From Chloroflexota bacterium (GTDB lineage: Bacteria; Chloroflexota; Dehalococcoidia; UBA2979), in NCBI GenBank assembly GCA_027593235.1, contig JAQCIU010000001.1, positions 103,132 through 167,131 of the forward strand: a stretch of 64,000 bases of DNA, read 5' to 3'. The notes beneath the pieces were generated by a model, which ran no database searches, was not told the origin of the DNA, and was given only the letters and a program-made list of their open reading frames with translations. The translations under genes and the position numbers were made by a program. Positions within the stretch are counted from its first letter, which is position 1, and each line of letters starts with the position of its first letter. Shown piece by piece: positions 16,863 through 27,674 of this stretch.

Positions 16863-18224
16863 TCAGGAGCGCTCGGACTCGCGCATTTCCGCGACTGCGG
16901 CACCGGGCGTCGGTGCCGGCCGTGACACCGGGAGCTCGGCAATCCCTCGGGTGAGGTCCGGTCGGGGAAGTTTCAGCGCGACCACGAAGAGGGCGAGTGA
17001 GGCGACGTAGGTGCCGATGAACAGCAGGATCGCGGCGTCGTAGGAACCGGTGCGGTCGAAGATCGCGCCCGCGATCGTCGGACTGATCACCTGGCCAAGC
17101 GTCTCCACGACGACCACGGCTCCGAGGATTGTCGCGAAGTGAGCGACCCCGAACGCGCGGGTCAGCAGCAGTGCCTCGATGATCGGTCCGCCTGCGGTGC
17201 CGGCGACCCAGAAGACGAGGAAGAGGACGATCGCCGCCGGAGCGGTGCTGATCGATAGCGTGGCCATCGCGGAGATCAGGAACAGGACGAGCACGATCGT
17301 CAGCACCTCGAAGCGCGGGACGCGATCGGCGAGTGCGCCGACCAGCAGGCGCGTGCCAATGCCGAGCCCGGCGGTGACTGAGACGAGCCAGGCGGCGTTG
17401 GCCCTCGAGATGCCGACGGACTCGTAGAACGGGATCTGGTGGACGAGCCAGCCGAACATCCCGAAGAAGAGCAGGGTGACGGCGAAGGCGAGCGTCCAGA
17501 ACAGCGGCGTGCGGAGCGCCTCGCGGAGCGTCAGCCCCTCGACGGCTGGGCGCGGCAGGTTCGTGTCGTGTGCGGGAGCGCCGTCGACCTCGGCGCCCAC
17601 GTCGGCGGGTGAGTTGCGAACGATGAACCAGCCCACCGGGAGAAAGAGCGCGGCGGTTGCCACGCCCGAAACGACGAAGGCTCCGCGCCAACCGAGCCCG
17701 CCGATCGCCGCGCTCATCAGCGGAACCATGATGAAGCCGCCGAGCGAGAAGCCGCTGCCCAGGATGCTGACGGCGATGCCACGGCGGCGATCGAACCACC
17801 TGGAGATCAGCGCCATGAACGGCATGAAGAACATCAACTGGCGGACGACCGCGTTGATCGCCGAGAACAGGTACCACTGCCAGAGGGTGTTGGTGAACGC
17901 GAGCAGTAGGTAGCTGAGCGCCGTGAGCACCGCGCCGACGAGGATTGCCGATCGCGGACCTCGGGTGTCGATCCAGCGCCCGATGAGCGGCGCTGCGAGC
18001 CCGCTGACCAGCAACGACACCGAAAAGCCGAGGGAGACCTCGGCTCGCGACCACCCGAACTCGGCTTCGAGCGGCTCGACGTAGAGGCCGAACGACCAGA
18101 ACGAGACGCCGGATCCGAGGGCCATCGACACCACGGCCGCGGCGAGCAACCACCAGCCGTAGAACACCTTGCGGTGCCCCGAGACGACGTCGACAGCTCC
18201 GGAGAGCGCACGCAGAGCGGTCAA
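16863..18224 (-). CDS. MFS transporter (oxalate/formate antiporter-like subfamily)
   Basis: The product has 12 predicted TM helices, a GRWIDTRGPR-type loop, and a central loop dividing it into two halves. Confidence 0.85.
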   Translation of the reverse strand: MTALRALSGAVDVVSGHRKVFYGWWLLAAAVVSMALGSGVSFWSFGLYVEPLEAEFGWSRAEVSLGFSVSLLVSGLAAPLIGRWIDTRGPRSAILVGAVLTALSYLLLAFTNTLWQWYLFSAINAVVRQLMFFMPFMALISRWFDRRRGIAVSILGSGFSLGGFIMVPLMSAAIGGLGWRGAFVVSGVATAALFLPVGWFIVRNSPADVGAEVDGAPAHDTNLPRPAVEGLTLREALRTPLFWTLAFAVTLLFFGMFGWLVHQIPFYESVGISRANAAWLVSVTAGLGIGTRLLVGALADRVPRFEVLTIVLVLFLISAMATLSISTAPAAIVLFLVFWVAGTAGGPIIEALLLTRAFGVAHFATILGAVVVVETLGQVISPTIAGAIFDRTGSYDAAILLFIGTYVASLALFVVALKLPRPDLTRGIAELPVSRPAPTPGAAVAEMRESERS

Positions 18225-18407
18225 GTGGGCTCCGTGGTTGGAGATCAGCGAGGGGCGATCACCGTATCAGTCGAGGGCCGTGGGGAGCGCCGGGGGATCT
18301 CGCGCGCTACCCCACGTGGCGGGCTCTCGCCGACGGAACGTCGGCGGCGTGATCGACCGGCGGCTTGCCCGAGCAAGCCGCCGTGCTGCCGAGGCTTGCG
18401 CTGCTCG

Positions 18408-18710
18408 CTAGCGCTTCACGCCCGCGATCCAGGTCAGGCGCGTGATCTCCGGCCGCGCGCCGGCGACCCCCTTGAGGTCCTCGCCGAGCTGCTTCATGTG
18501 GTCGCTCGCGCCGTGGGCGGCGGAGGCGTCTTCGCTGTCGTACTGCTCGTAGAAGTAGAAGACCGTCGGGTCCTCGTCCGAGGTATGCAGCTCATACTTC
18601 GGCACGCCCGGCTCGTTCGTGCTGACGGCGGCGACCATCTTCTCGAGGGCTGCGCGCATCTCTGCTTCTTTGCCCTCACGGGCCTGGAGCTTGGCAATCA
18701 CGGTTCGCAT
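18408..18710 (-). CDS. Antibiotic biosynthesis monooxygenase (ABM)/quinol monooxygenase-like protein
   Basis: The 100-aa product (MRTVIAKLQAREGKEAEMRAAL...FYFYEQYDSEDA...H) has the typical ABM ferredoxin-like pattern. Confidence 0.8.
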   Translation of the reverse strand: MRTVIAKLQAREGKEAEMRAALEKMVAAVSTNEPGVPKYELHTSDEDPTVFYFYEQYDSEDASAAHGASDHMKQLGEDLKGVAGARPEITRLTWIAGVKR

Positions 18711-18860
18711 CTGGGTCTCCTCGGTGTTGGGTGCGTTGGCAGGCGGAGTCTAGCAAGCGCCGATGCCGCCACCGAGGAGCGCGCCCCGGACGAGGTCGCG
18801 CACTCCGTCAGGCTAGGCTCATGGCAGACGGAGAATGGTGCGGCTCTTGCGGGGGGCGTC

Positions 18861-19496
18861 ATGGGCAAGTGGTGGCTGACGACGCCGATCTTCGTGGCCG
18901 CGGCACTTGCATCGATCACCGCGTGCGGCGGCGGTGCTGACGACGGCGGGTCCGAGCCGACCGCAACCGCAACCGCTACCTCGGCCGCCGCGCCGGCCGC
19001 CGATGACGCCGCCTCGGGCGACGCCACCACCGCCTTCCGCGAGCGAATGACCGCGATCGAGGCCGCCGTCGCCACCTGGCGTGCCGCCGAGACGATCGAG
19101 GACGCTCGCGCCGCCGCCGAGGCTGCTGCCAACCTCGTCGTCGGCCCCGCTGGTCCCGGCTACGGTGACCGCGACGGCAATGGGGCGATCGAGGGCGCAA
19201 GCGACATCGCCCTGCTCCCGGTGCTGGCCGCGCCGCTCGATGCCAACCCCTGCATCGTCGCCGACGTACTCGGTGGCTCGTGGGACGATCCCGAGGCCCG
19301 CTGGAACGCCATGCTCGCCGCCATCGAGGACTGGCGTCCCGACCACAACACCATGCCGAGCCTGCTCAGCCACCCGATGCGGATCGTTGGCTGGGCCACC
19401 TTCACCCTCGCCTCGGACTCCATCGATGAAGCGCACGAGTACGCCGGACACGCGCAGCTCCACGTGAACGTCTCGCTCGCCGCGCTCGATTGCTGA
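18861..19496 (+). CDS. Hypothetical lipoprotein
   Basis: ATG 18861 gives MGKWWLTTPIFVAAALASITAC. The upstream 229 codons of the track ORF look non-coding. Confidence 0.6.
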   Translation: MGKWWLTTPIFVAAALASITACGGGADDGGSEPTATATATSAAAPAADDAASGDATTAFRERMTAIEAAVATWRAAETIEDARAAAEAAANLVVGPAGPGYGDRDGNGAIEGASDIALLPVLAAPLDANPCIVADVLGGSWDDPEARWNAMLAAIEDWRPDHNTMPSLLSHPMRIVGWATFTLASDSIDEAHEYAGHAQLHVNVSLAALDC

Positions 19497-19534
19497 GCGC
19501 GGCGGACGAGGTTGGGTGACGCCCCTCCCTGGGT

Positions 19535-20674
19535 TCAGCGCGCGGGAGCGGTCGCCGCGGTGGCGCCGGTCTTCGGGCGTCGCGGACCGGCGGCGGCACG
19601 ATCGGCGACGAGCGACGCGATGCGCTCGGCATCGCGCCCGACGCCGTGGACCATGTTCGAGGACATCGCGTTCAGGAACTCCAGGCCGACGAAATAGAGC
19701 CCCGGCTGATCGTCGGCGACGCCGCGCTGGTGTTTCGGTTCGTGCTCGCCGTGAATGGGCAGATCGATCCATGAGAAGCCGGGGTGGAACCCGGTGCACC
19801 AGATGACGTTGGGCGCATCCAGCACGCGGCCGTCCTCCAGCCGCGGTTGGCCATCCTCGGTCCCGGCGACGCGCGGTACGCGCTCCACGCTCGCCGCTTT
19901 CAGGTCACGGCTCTTCACGCGGATCAGCGGGCCGCCCTCGCTGATCACCTTCGGGCGCATGCGCCGACCCATCGGCGTGCCGACGGTGAGCACGCGGTGG
20001 AAGAGGCCGCGCAGCACCAGCCGCGTAAGCACGCGCCGTCCGAGGAACCCGTCGATGCGGAAAGGGACCTCCCCGACGTCACGGCCGGACAGCCAGACCT
20101 GACGATCGGCGGCGAGTTCGCGCGCGATTTCCGCTCCGGAGTTGCCGGCGCCGACGATCAGGACACCGCCTGGCTGGAGTTGTTCGGGATTGCGGTACTC
20201 GATGGAATGGAGCTGGGTGATCGCCGGCGCGAGTCCAGCGGCGAACGCCGGGACGTGCGGGCTCTGGTGGTTCGACATTGCGACGACCACCTGGTCGGCG
20301 CGCACGGTTCGATCGCCCAGGTTGAGCAGGAAGCCCTCGCCATCGCGGCTGAGCCGTTCGACACGGCGGCCGGTTTGCACCGGCAGCTCGAAGTGCGCGG
20401 CGTAGCTCTCGAGGTAATCGGCCATCGCGTCCTTCGTGACCAGCTCGAAGCGCGGCGCGGGGAACGGCATGCCGTCGAGCCCATCGAAGCGGGCGGGGGT
20501 GAAGAGCCGCAGTGAGTCCCAGCGGTTGCGCCAGACGTCGCCGATCCGCTCGTTGGCATCGAGGATGACGAAGGGGGCGCCCCGCTGCTTCAGGTGGTGG
20601 CCGACCGACAGGCCCGCCTGCCCGGCGCCGATGATCGCGGTGCCAACCTGCTCTGGACTGGATGGTGTCGTCAT
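19535..20674 (-). CDS. NAD(P)/FAD-dependent oxidoreductase, flavin-containing monooxygenase-like
   Basis: The product has two dinucleotide-binding motifs, GAGQAGLSVG and GAGNSGAEIA. Confidence 0.85.
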   Translation of the reverse strand: MTTPSSPEQVGTAIIGAGQAGLSVGHHLKQRGAPFVILDANERIGDVWRNRWDSLRLFTPARFDGLDGMPFPAPRFELVTKDAMADYLESYAAHFELPVQTGRRVERLSRDGEGFLLNLGDRTVRADQVVVAMSNHQSPHVPAFAAGLAPAITQLHSIEYRNPEQLQPGGVLIVGAGNSGAEIARELAADRQVWLSGRDVGEVPFRIDGFLGRRVLTRLVLRGLFHRVLTVGTPMGRRMRPKVISEGGPLIRVKSRDLKAASVERVPRVAGTEDGQPRLEDGRVLDAPNVIWCTGFHPGFSWIDLPIHGEHEPKHQRGVADDQPGLYFVGLEFLNAMSSNMVHGVGRDAERIASLVADRAAAGPRRPKTGATAATAPAR

Positions 20675-20807
20675 GGCGGTGCTCCGTACTGCTGACCGGC
20701 GCGAACGCGACGGGTTGCATCAAACGCTACGGAAGGGTGGCGGGCGTGACTTCGATCGAACTGTCCATTTCGCGGCGGGACCGCGTATGGGTGATCTGAT
20801 GTAGTCG

Positions 20808-22436
20808 CTAGAGCAGGTCGTGCTCGTAAGCGTAGGCCGTGGCAGCCGAGCGCGAAGAGAGTCCGAGCTTGCCGAAGATGTTGCTGACGTGGCGCGCGAC
20901 CGTCTTATCGCTGATTGTCAGGTGCTCAGCGATCGCGCGGTTCGTCATCCCGGTGGCGACGAGGCTGAGGATCTTCAGCTCGCGTGGGGTCAGCCAGCCC
21001 GGCGCCGTGCTGGTGCCCCCCTCGGCAGCGAGGCGCGCGAGGTCGTTGGCGGCGCCGAGGTGTTCGAAGGTGTCGCGCGCCGCCGTCCGCTCGGCGGTAG
21101 CGCGCTCGGTGTCGCCCTCGCCGTCGGCGACGCGTGCGAGCAGAACACGGGTGCGCGCGGCCTCGTAGGGGGCGCCAAGCGAGAGCCAGATCGTCAGCGC
21201 CTGCCGGAGCTGTGTGCTCGCTTCGGTCAGATCGTCGTCGGCGAGCGCGATCGCTCCGGCCGCCTGCGCGGCGCTGGCCTCGAGGAACGGCGCGCTGAGC
21301 TGTCCAGCGAGGGCGTTGAGTTCCTCGAGCGAGACGGTCGCGAGCGCCGAGTCATTCGCCGCGAGCGCGATTTCGACGGCGGCGATCAGCAAGCGAGCGC
21401 GGGTCGCCGGGACGTGGTGTTCGTTGAGCGCGTGGCGGATCGCGGTGGTCGCCGCGTCACCGCGTCCCTGATCGAGCCGCAGCAGCGCGAGACCCGGCTC
21501 CGGATCGACGCCGTGATCGGCGGCACGGCGGAATGCTTCCTGCGCTGCCGGCAGCGCGCCAATCAGCCGCTGCAGCTCGCCCTGCCGGTAGTAGGCGTCG
21601 CCGATTTCGGGTCGTGGCGGTTCGGAGAGGATCTGGAAGGCGCGCTGCGTTTCCGCCGCGGCATCCGGCCATGAGCCATGCAACTGCATGATCTCCGCGC
21701 GGTAGAGCAGGCACTTCCCGCGGAACGGAACCAGATCCGGCTGCGACTCGCACCAGCGGTGGAGTGCCTGCGTCCATTCCTGCGCGCGCGCCAGGTCGAA
21801 GAGCTCCTGGCACACCTCGATCACCGCGCAGTAGACGATGCCGGCGACGACCGGGCCGACGTCGCCGGCGAGGACGCTGACCATCGCCTCGTCGAGCAAC
21901 GCCGCGCCGCGTACCGGTTCGCCGAGGCGTATCAGCGACTGCCCCTGACCAAGCCGTCCGAGGGTGGCCAGGTCCAGATCGTCGAAGCGTTCGCCGATCG
22001 CCGCCAGTTCCTCGAAGTGCTTGATCGCCTCCGCCGGGTTGCGCTCCTCGAGCAGTTGCAGCGCGCCGGGGAGTTTCAAGTAGCCATGTACCGGGGAATC
22101 CACGCCCGAGCGATCGAGGATGCGCTCCGTCCGCGCGAACCAGCCGCCAGCCTGCGCAGGCTCTCCGCGCTGGACCATCCCGAACGCTAACCAGAACGCA
22201 CAGCGCGCAGCGGATCCCGGGTCATCCGCCGCGAGGTAGCCGTGGTGCGCGCGCTCCCAGAGCGCCGCGCTGCGGTCGTCCTCGGCGATCAGGTAGGCGA
22301 CGACGGCGAACCGTTCGAGGTCTGGCGGGAGCAGGGTGCCAGCGCTGTCCGCCGCCTCAAGTGTGGCGAACGCGCTGCCCCAGTCGCGCGCGACGACGGC
22401 GTCGCGGCCGATGTTCCCGTCGCTCGGTCCGTTCAT
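20808..22436 (-). CDS. LuxR-family transcriptional regulator with large TPR-like sensor domain
   Basis: The C-terminal HTH reads LTPRELKILSLVATGMTNRAIAEHLTISDKTVARHVSNIFGKLG. The N-terminal ~470 aa are helical repeats. Confidence 0.85.
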   Translation of the reverse strand: MNGPSDGNIGRDAVVARDWGSAFATLEAADSAGTLLPPDLERFAVVAYLIAEDDRSAALWERAHHGYLAADDPGSAARCAFWLAFGMVQRGEPAQAGGWFARTERILDRSGVDSPVHGYLKLPGALQLLEERNPAEAIKHFEELAAIGERFDDLDLATLGRLGQGQSLIRLGEPVRGAALLDEAMVSVLAGDVGPVVAGIVYCAVIEVCQELFDLARAQEWTQALHRWCESQPDLVPFRGKCLLYRAEIMQLHGSWPDAAAETQRAFQILSEPPRPEIGDAYYRQGELQRLIGALPAAQEAFRRAADHGVDPEPGLALLRLDQGRGDAATTAIRHALNEHHVPATRARLLIAAVEIALAANDSALATVSLEELNALAGQLSAPFLEASAAQAAGAIALADDDLTEASTQLRQALTIWLSLGAPYEAARTRVLLARVADGEGDTERATAERTAARDTFEHLGAANDLARLAAEGGTSTAPGWLTPRELKILSLVATGMTNRAIAEHLTISDKTVARHVSNIFGKLGLSSRSAATAYAYEHDLL

Positions 22437-22581
22437 GACAGCTCGCGCTCCGTCCGGCCTGTGCCGGGATGATAGGGGGACAGCGGGTCGCCATGGTCGC
22501 GGCGGCGCCTCGACCGCACCTCGACGCCACCACGCTCGCCGCTATGCTCCGTCGAGACCAAGCGGGTACGAGGGGGACGGC

Positions 22582-24063
22582 ATGCCTGATGTGATCGTGG
22601 TCGGCGCGGGGAACGCGGCGATGTGCGCCGCACTGGCGGCGCGCGAGCGCGGCGCCGAGGTGGTGGTCCTCGAAAAGGCCGAACGCGGCGAGCGCGGCGG
22701 CAACACCTTCTTCACCGGCGGCGGCTACCGCTTCCCGTACCGCGGCATCGAGGACATCCAGGGGCTGATCCCGGATCTGTCGGAGGCGGAGCTGGCACGC
22801 ATCGATGTGGGTTCGTACCCGGAGTCGGAGATGCGCTCCGACCTGATGCGGGTGACGGAGAGCAAGGCCGATCCGGCGATGGTCGATCACCTGGTGACCC
22901 AGGCGTACCCCACGATGCGCTGGCTGCACGAGCAGCACGGCATGAAGTGGGTACTGATGTACGGCCGCCAGGCCTACGAGGTGGACGGCAAGCTGCGCTT
23001 CTGGGGCGGGATGATCACCGAGGGTGTCGGCGGCGGCGAAGGCATCTCGGAACAGGAGTTCGCGGCCGCCGAGCGCGCCGGCATCGAGATCCGCTACGGC
23101 GCGAAGGCGACGGCGCTGCTCACCGATGAGCACACCGGCCGGGTCACCGGCGTCCGCGTCCAGACCACGGGCCAGCTCGAGGACCTGCACGCGAAGTCCG
23201 TCGTCCTTGCCGCCGGCGGCTTCGAGGCGAACGTCGAGATGCGGACGCGCTACCTCGGGGCGGGTTGGGAGTTCGCGAAGGTACGCGGAACGCGACATAA
23301 CACCGGCGAGGTGATTCGCCAGGCCCTCGAGATTGGGGCGCAGCCGTACGGGCACTGGTCGAGCGGGCACGCCGTGGCGTGGGACCTCAATGCGCCGCCG
23401 ACGGGCAACCGGCGGGTGGGCGACCTCTACCAGAAGCACTCGTACCCGCTGGGGCTGATCGTCAACATCAACGGCGACCGCTTCGTGGACGAGGGGGCGG
23501 ACCTCCGCAACTACACCTACGCGAAATACGGCCGCGAGATCCTGAAGCAGCCGTACAGCGTGGCGTTCCAGCTCTTCGATCAGCAGACCGTGGCGATGCT
23601 CCGCGACGAGTACCGCATCCGCGAGATCACGAAGGGCGAGGGCGACACGATCGAGGCGCTCGCCGACAGCCTCGGGATCGAGGTCAACGGCCTCGTCAGC
23701 ACCGTCGAGGCGTACAACGCTGCCTGCCAGCCCGGCGAGTTCAACCCGGCCGTCCGCGACGGCCTCCACACCGAGGGCATCGATCCGCCGAAGTCGAACT
23801 GGGCGCTGCCGCTGAACCAGCCCCCGTACTTCGGCGTCGCCGTCACCTGCGGCGTCACGTTCACCTTCGGCGGCCTCCGCATCGAGGCGAAGACGGCGCA
23901 GGTCCTCGATACGGAGGATCGCCCGATGCCGGGCCTCTACGCCGCGGGCGAGCTGGTCGGCGGGTTGTTCTACCACAACTACGCGGGCGGGACGGGGCTG
24001 ATGTCAGGGTCGGTGTTTGGCCGTTCGGCGGGGTACGCGGCCGCGGAAGCGGCGCTCGCCTAG
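22582..24063 (+). CDS. FAD-binding dehydrogenase (TcuA / fumarate-reductase flavoprotein-like)
   Basis: ATG 22582 gives MPDVIVVGAGNAAMCAALAARERG...GGNTFFTGG. The C-terminus reads GLYAAGELVGG. Confidence 0.85.
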   Translation: MPDVIVVGAGNAAMCAALAARERGAEVVVLEKAERGERGGNTFFTGGGYRFPYRGIEDIQGLIPDLSEAELARIDVGSYPESEMRSDLMRVTESKADPAMVDHLVTQAYPTMRWLHEQHGMKWVLMYGRQAYEVDGKLRFWGGMITEGVGGGEGISEQEFAAAERAGIEIRYGAKATALLTDEHTGRVTGVRVQTTGQLEDLHAKSVVLAAGGFEANVEMRTRYLGAGWEFAKVRGTRHNTGEVIRQALEIGAQPYGHWSSGHAVAWDLNAPPTGNRRVGDLYQKHSYPLGLIVNINGDRFVDEGADLRNYTYAKYGREILKQPYSVAFQLFDQQTVAMLRDEYRIREITKGEGDTIEALADSLGIEVNGLVSTVEAYNAACQPGEFNPAVRDGLHTEGIDPPKSNWALPLNQPPYFGVAVTCGVTFTFGGLRIEAKTAQVLDTEDRPMPGLYAAGELVGGLFYHNYAGGTGLMSGSVFGRSAGYAAAEAALA

Positions 24064-24079
24064 CGGGTAGGTGCGGGGG

Positions 24080-24676
24080 CTACTCGCGGTCCAGCCATTT
24101 CTCGACATAGACGGGCTGGAACGCCTCGATGGCGGCGAGTAGGGCGGGGACATCGCCCTCGACGATCAGGGCGTCCCGCTGCGATTCGGCGAGGAAGCGC
24201 TCGCGGACCGCGCCGTCGATGAACTCCAGCAGCGGATCGAAGTAGCCAGCGATGTTGAAGAGCGCGCACGGCTTCTGGTGCAGGCCGAGTTGTGACCACG
24301 TGAGCACTTCGAAGAACTCGTCGATCGTTCCGAAGCCGCCGGGCATCGCGACGAAGGCGTCCGACAACTCCACCATCATTGCCTTGCGCGCGTGCATGCA
24401 GTCGACCGTGTGAAGCTCGGTCAGCCCGGGGTGGGCGACCTCGTGGCTGACCAGCGATTCCGGGAGCACGCCGATCACCTCGCCGCCGGCCTCCAGGGCG
24501 GCGTTGGCCAGGATGCCCATCAGCCCTACGTTCGCGCCGCCGTAGACCAGCCCCGTCCCGCGGCCGGCCAGCGCCACGCCGAGTGACTGAGCGGCGATGC
24601 GGTAGTCGTCGCGGCGGCCCGGACTGGATCCGGTGAAGACGCAGATGCGGCGAAGCGGGGCCATTTCTCCACCCAA
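24080..24676 (-). CDS. LOG family (TIGR00730) nucleotide phosphoribohydrolase
   Basis: The product has the PGGFGTIDEFFE motif and the GGANVGLMG Rossmann pattern. Confidence 0.85.
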   Translation of the reverse strand: MGGEMAPLRRICVFTGSSPGRRDDYRIAAQSLGVALAGRGTGLVYGGANVGLMGILANAALEAGGEVIGVLPESLVSHEVAHPGLTELHTVDCMHARKAMMVELSDAFVAMPGGFGTIDEFFEVLTWSQLGLHQKPCALFNIAGYFDPLLEFIDGAVRERFLAESQRDALIVEGDVPALLAAIEAFQPVYVEKWLDRE

Positions 24677-24804
24677 CGTTCGTCCGACCGCCGCTCGCCG
24701 CGTTGCGTGATCGGTCGTCCGAGGATGCGTGGAAGATCCGAACGGCGCACCTCACACCTCACTCCACCGCACGGTGTAGGCTCGCGAGGCGGAAGGGACT
24801 CTCC

Positions 24805-25857
24805 ATGGCCGAACCGGTCCAGTTCGGGCTGAATCGCTGGAACTTCAGTTCGCCTGCATCGTTCGCGCTCGATGTGCGAGAGGGCGAGGAGCAGGGCTGG
24901 AAACTGGCGCTGATCCCGTCGTCGCCGCTGCTGGTGCCGGACCCGTACGTGATGCTGGCCTTCGCGGCGCGGGGAACCGATCGGATCAAGCTGGGTCCGT
25001 TCATCGAGAACCCCGTGATGCGACACCCGGCGGTACTCGCCTCCTCGATCGCGACCGTTGACGCCGTCGCCAGCGGGCGCACGTTGCTGACGCTGGGATC
25101 GGGCGACACCTCCGTGCGGCTGATGGGCAAGCGCCCGGCGAAGGTCGTGGAGCTGGAGGAGGCGACGCAGCTTGCGCGCCAGCTCCTCTCCGGCGAGAAC
25201 GTCGATACCGGGGCACGCCAGCCCGCACGGTTGCGGCACGCCCGCCGCGTCCCCGTCTGGATCGCCGCCGGCGGGCCGCGCACGTTGCGCATGGCCGGCC
25301 GCGTCGCCGACGGCGTCTTCATCCGCGTCGGCCGCCACGAGGCGAACCTGCGCGCGGCCGTGGAGGCCGTGCACGCCGGGGCCCGCGAGGTCGGTCGTGA
25401 CTCTTCGGACGTGCAGATCGGCGTGGTACTGCACACGCTGCTGACCAACGATCACGCCTATGCGGCACGCGTCGGACGCGCGATCGCGGCGGGTTTCTAC
25501 GAGTACTCGCCGATGCTGTTCGAGGGCGCCGGCCTCGAATGGGGCGGACCGGACGTGAAGTCGTTGCGGGACCGCGTCTGGCCGGACTTCCACCACGCCG
25601 AGGACCTGGCCGCCGCCGGTAAGGTCGTCGACTTCCTGAGCGACGAAGCCGCCGCGGCCTTCGCGGTGAGCGGCGGCACCGACGAGCTGGTGACGCAGCT
25701 TCGAGGCGTGCTCAAGCTCGGCTTGCCGATTTCGACGGTCGTGATCCACCGCCTCCCGGGCAACCCGGGAGCGAAGGCCGTGCGCGGTGCGCGCGGCTGG
25801 AAAGAGATCGTGGCGCGCGACGTGCTCGAACGGCTGCAGCCGGTCGCGATCGACTAG
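24805..25857 (+). CDS. Luciferase-like monooxygenase (LLM) class oxidoreductase, probably F420-dependent
   Basis: ATG 24805. The TIM-barrel LLM pattern includes [12 protein letters not shown]...[19 protein letters not shown]. Confidence 0.8.
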   Translation: MAEPVQFGLNRWNFSSPASFALDVREGEEQGWKLALIPSSPLLVPDPYVMLAFAARGTDRIKLGPFIENPVMRHPAVLASSIATVDAVASGRTLLTLGSGDTSVRLMGKRPAKVVELEEATQLARQLLSGENVDTGARQPARLRHARRVPVWIAAGGPRTLRMAGRVADGVFIRVGRHEANLRAAVEAVHAGAREVGRDSSDVQIGVVLHTLLTNDHAYAARVGRAIAAGFYEYSPMLFEGAGLEWGGPDVKSLRDRVWPDFHHAEDLAAAGKVVDFLSDEAAAAFAVSGGTDELVTQLRGVLKLGLPISTVVIHRLPGNPGAKAVRGARGWKEIVARDVLERLQPVAID

Positions 25858-26390
25858 CGCTTCTTCGGCTTGCCCGCCTGCGCCAGCAGCTCCGCGTAGG
25901 CCTCGTGGTTTGCCGCGTTGAAGCAGACCAGCGTGACCTCGTCGATGTTGGCGTTCACCTCGAGGACCTCGCGGATCGCTGCGAGGGCGATCGCGGCGGC
26001 GCGGCGGATCGGGAAGCCGTAGAGGCCCGTGCTGATCGAGGGGAACGCGATCGTGCGCGCCCCCAGTTCGAGGGCGAGCGCGAGCGAGTTGCGGTAGCAA
26101 GCGACGAGCGTCGCGTCCTCGCCGTTGTCGCCGCCACGCCAGATCGGTCCGACGGTGTGAATGATCAGCGCCGCCGGCAGCGCGTAGCCCGCGGTCGCAC
26201 GCGCCTCGCCCGGCGGGCAGCCACCGAGGTCGCGACAGGCATCGAGGAGTGCGGGGCCTGCCGCCGCGTGGATCGCGCCGTCCACGCCGCCGCCGCCACG
26301 CAGCTCGGCATTCGCGGCGTTGACGATCGCGTCGACCTCCAGGGTCGTGATGTCGTCGCGGATCAGGCGGATGCGGGGGTCCGCGGTCAC
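25854..26390 (-). CDS. Macro-domain O-acetyl-ADP-ribose deacetylase
   Basis: [33 protein letters not shown]...[13 protein letters not shown] is the canonical macro-domain pattern. Confidence 0.9.
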   Translation of the reverse strand: MTADPRIRLIRDDITTLEVDAIVNAANAELRGGGGVDGAIHAAAGPALLDACRDLGGCPPGEARATAGYALPAALIIHTVGPIWRGGDNGEDATLVACYRNSLALALELGARTIAFPSISTGLYGFPIRRAAAIALAAIREVLEVNANIDEVTLVCFNAANHEAYAELLAQAGKPKKR

Positions 26391-27451
26391 GGCTCCGGTT
26401 CCGTTCCGTCGACGGCTTCGACCACGATCTCGGTCAGCTCCTCGGCAGCGCGTTCGCTGTAGCCGAAGAGGTCACGCATCTTCAGGTCGAGCGACCACAT
26501 CGCGACCAGCCCGGTCGCGCCGATCCAGACCATCAGCAGCAGGCGGGAGCCAATCGCGTAACTGGAAGCATCGAGGCGGGTCGATCCGAGCAGCACCAGC
26601 ACCTCGGTCACGGCGACCTCGTAGGGGCCGATGCTCCAGGGGGTGAGCGGGATCGCCTGCGCCATGTTGGCGGCGATCATCACGGTCAGCGCCTCGGAGA
26701 AGGCGAGCTCGATGCCGAAGGCCTTGCCCATGTACCACCAGACGCCAACCTCCAGCAGCCAGGCAAAGACAGAGAGGGCGACGGCGATCACGGCGCTGCG
26801 CCAGTCGCTGAGCGCCGTCATGCCGGTCACCCACTGACCGAGCCAGCGGTTCACGTGCGGGCGTGCCCGTCGCGGGACCAGTAGCCGCCAGACGCTGTTG
26901 TCGACGGACCAGCTATTCCCTCGGCGGGCGGCGCGGATCGAGACGGAGGCGACGAGCAGCACGACCGCTGCCAGCGCACCGACCCCCGGTCGCAGCGAGG
27001 TGGGGAGATCGAAGATCAGCAGCCCGCCGAACGCAAGCAGCACGAACGCGACGCCATCGAGCAGCGACTCGACGAGGAAGACGCTGCTCGCCATCTCCGC
27101 GCGCGGAACGCCGTAACGGCGGCTGGGCAGCTCGACGCGCAGCAGATCGCCGGCCCGCAACGGCACGATCGCGTTCGCGAGGTTGGACACCAGGAACAGC
27201 TCAAAGAGGCGGCGGAACGGGATCCCCTTGCGGTGGCGGAGGAACCAGCGCCAGCGGTAGGCGTGCACGAACTTCGACAGCGAGAAGGTGAGCGTGCCAG
27301 CGAGCGCCCACTTCAGTTGGAGCTCCGGCAGGTTGCGGACGGCGCCGACGACATCGACGCGCCAGAGGAAGGCGGCGAGGATGAAGCCGCCGAGGAAGAG
27401 CTGGACAAGGATCGCGGTGCGCCAACGCCGGCTTGCCGGTGCCGCTGTCAC
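26387..27451 (-). CDS. Flippase-like (lysyl-phosphatidylglycerol synthase TM region / UPF0104) membrane protein
   Basis: The product has 8 TM helices, [12 protein letters not shown] and [10 protein letters not shown] motifs. GTG 27451 is likelier than 27583. The stop overlaps the macro-domain start (GTGA). Confidence 0.65.
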   Translation of the reverse strand: MTAAPASRRWRTAILVQLFLGGFILAAFLWRVDVVGAVRNLPELQLKWALAGTLTFSLSKFVHAYRWRWFLRHRKGIPFRRLFELFLVSNLANAIVPLRAGDLLRVELPSRRYGVPRAEMASSVFLVESLLDGVAFVLLAFGGLLIFDLPTSLRPGVGALAAVVLLVASVSIRAARRGNSWSVDNSVWRLLVPRRARPHVNRWLGQWVTGMTALSDWRSAVIAVALSVFAWLLEVGVWWYMGKAFGIELAFSEALTVMIAANMAQAIPLTPWSIGPYEVAVTEVLVLLGSTRLDASSYAIGSRLLLMVWIGATGLVAMWSLDLKMRDLFGYSERAAEELTEIVVEAVDGTEPEP

Positions 27452-27674
27452 GCCTGGGGTCTTCACGCGGCACGGACCAGCGACCCACCGATCGGCGCGG
27501 GCAACCCCGGCTCGGGTCGAGGCCGGGTGGTGGCGAATATCGGCGCGCGTTCGCGCGAGCGTGGGCGGTCCGGCATCGTGCAACAGCGTAACCCCGGGAC
27601 AGGCGCGAATCGCCGATCACCGGAGGATGACACGCGCATCATCCGCCGGTCCCGTGGACTGTCCGAGGAGCGAC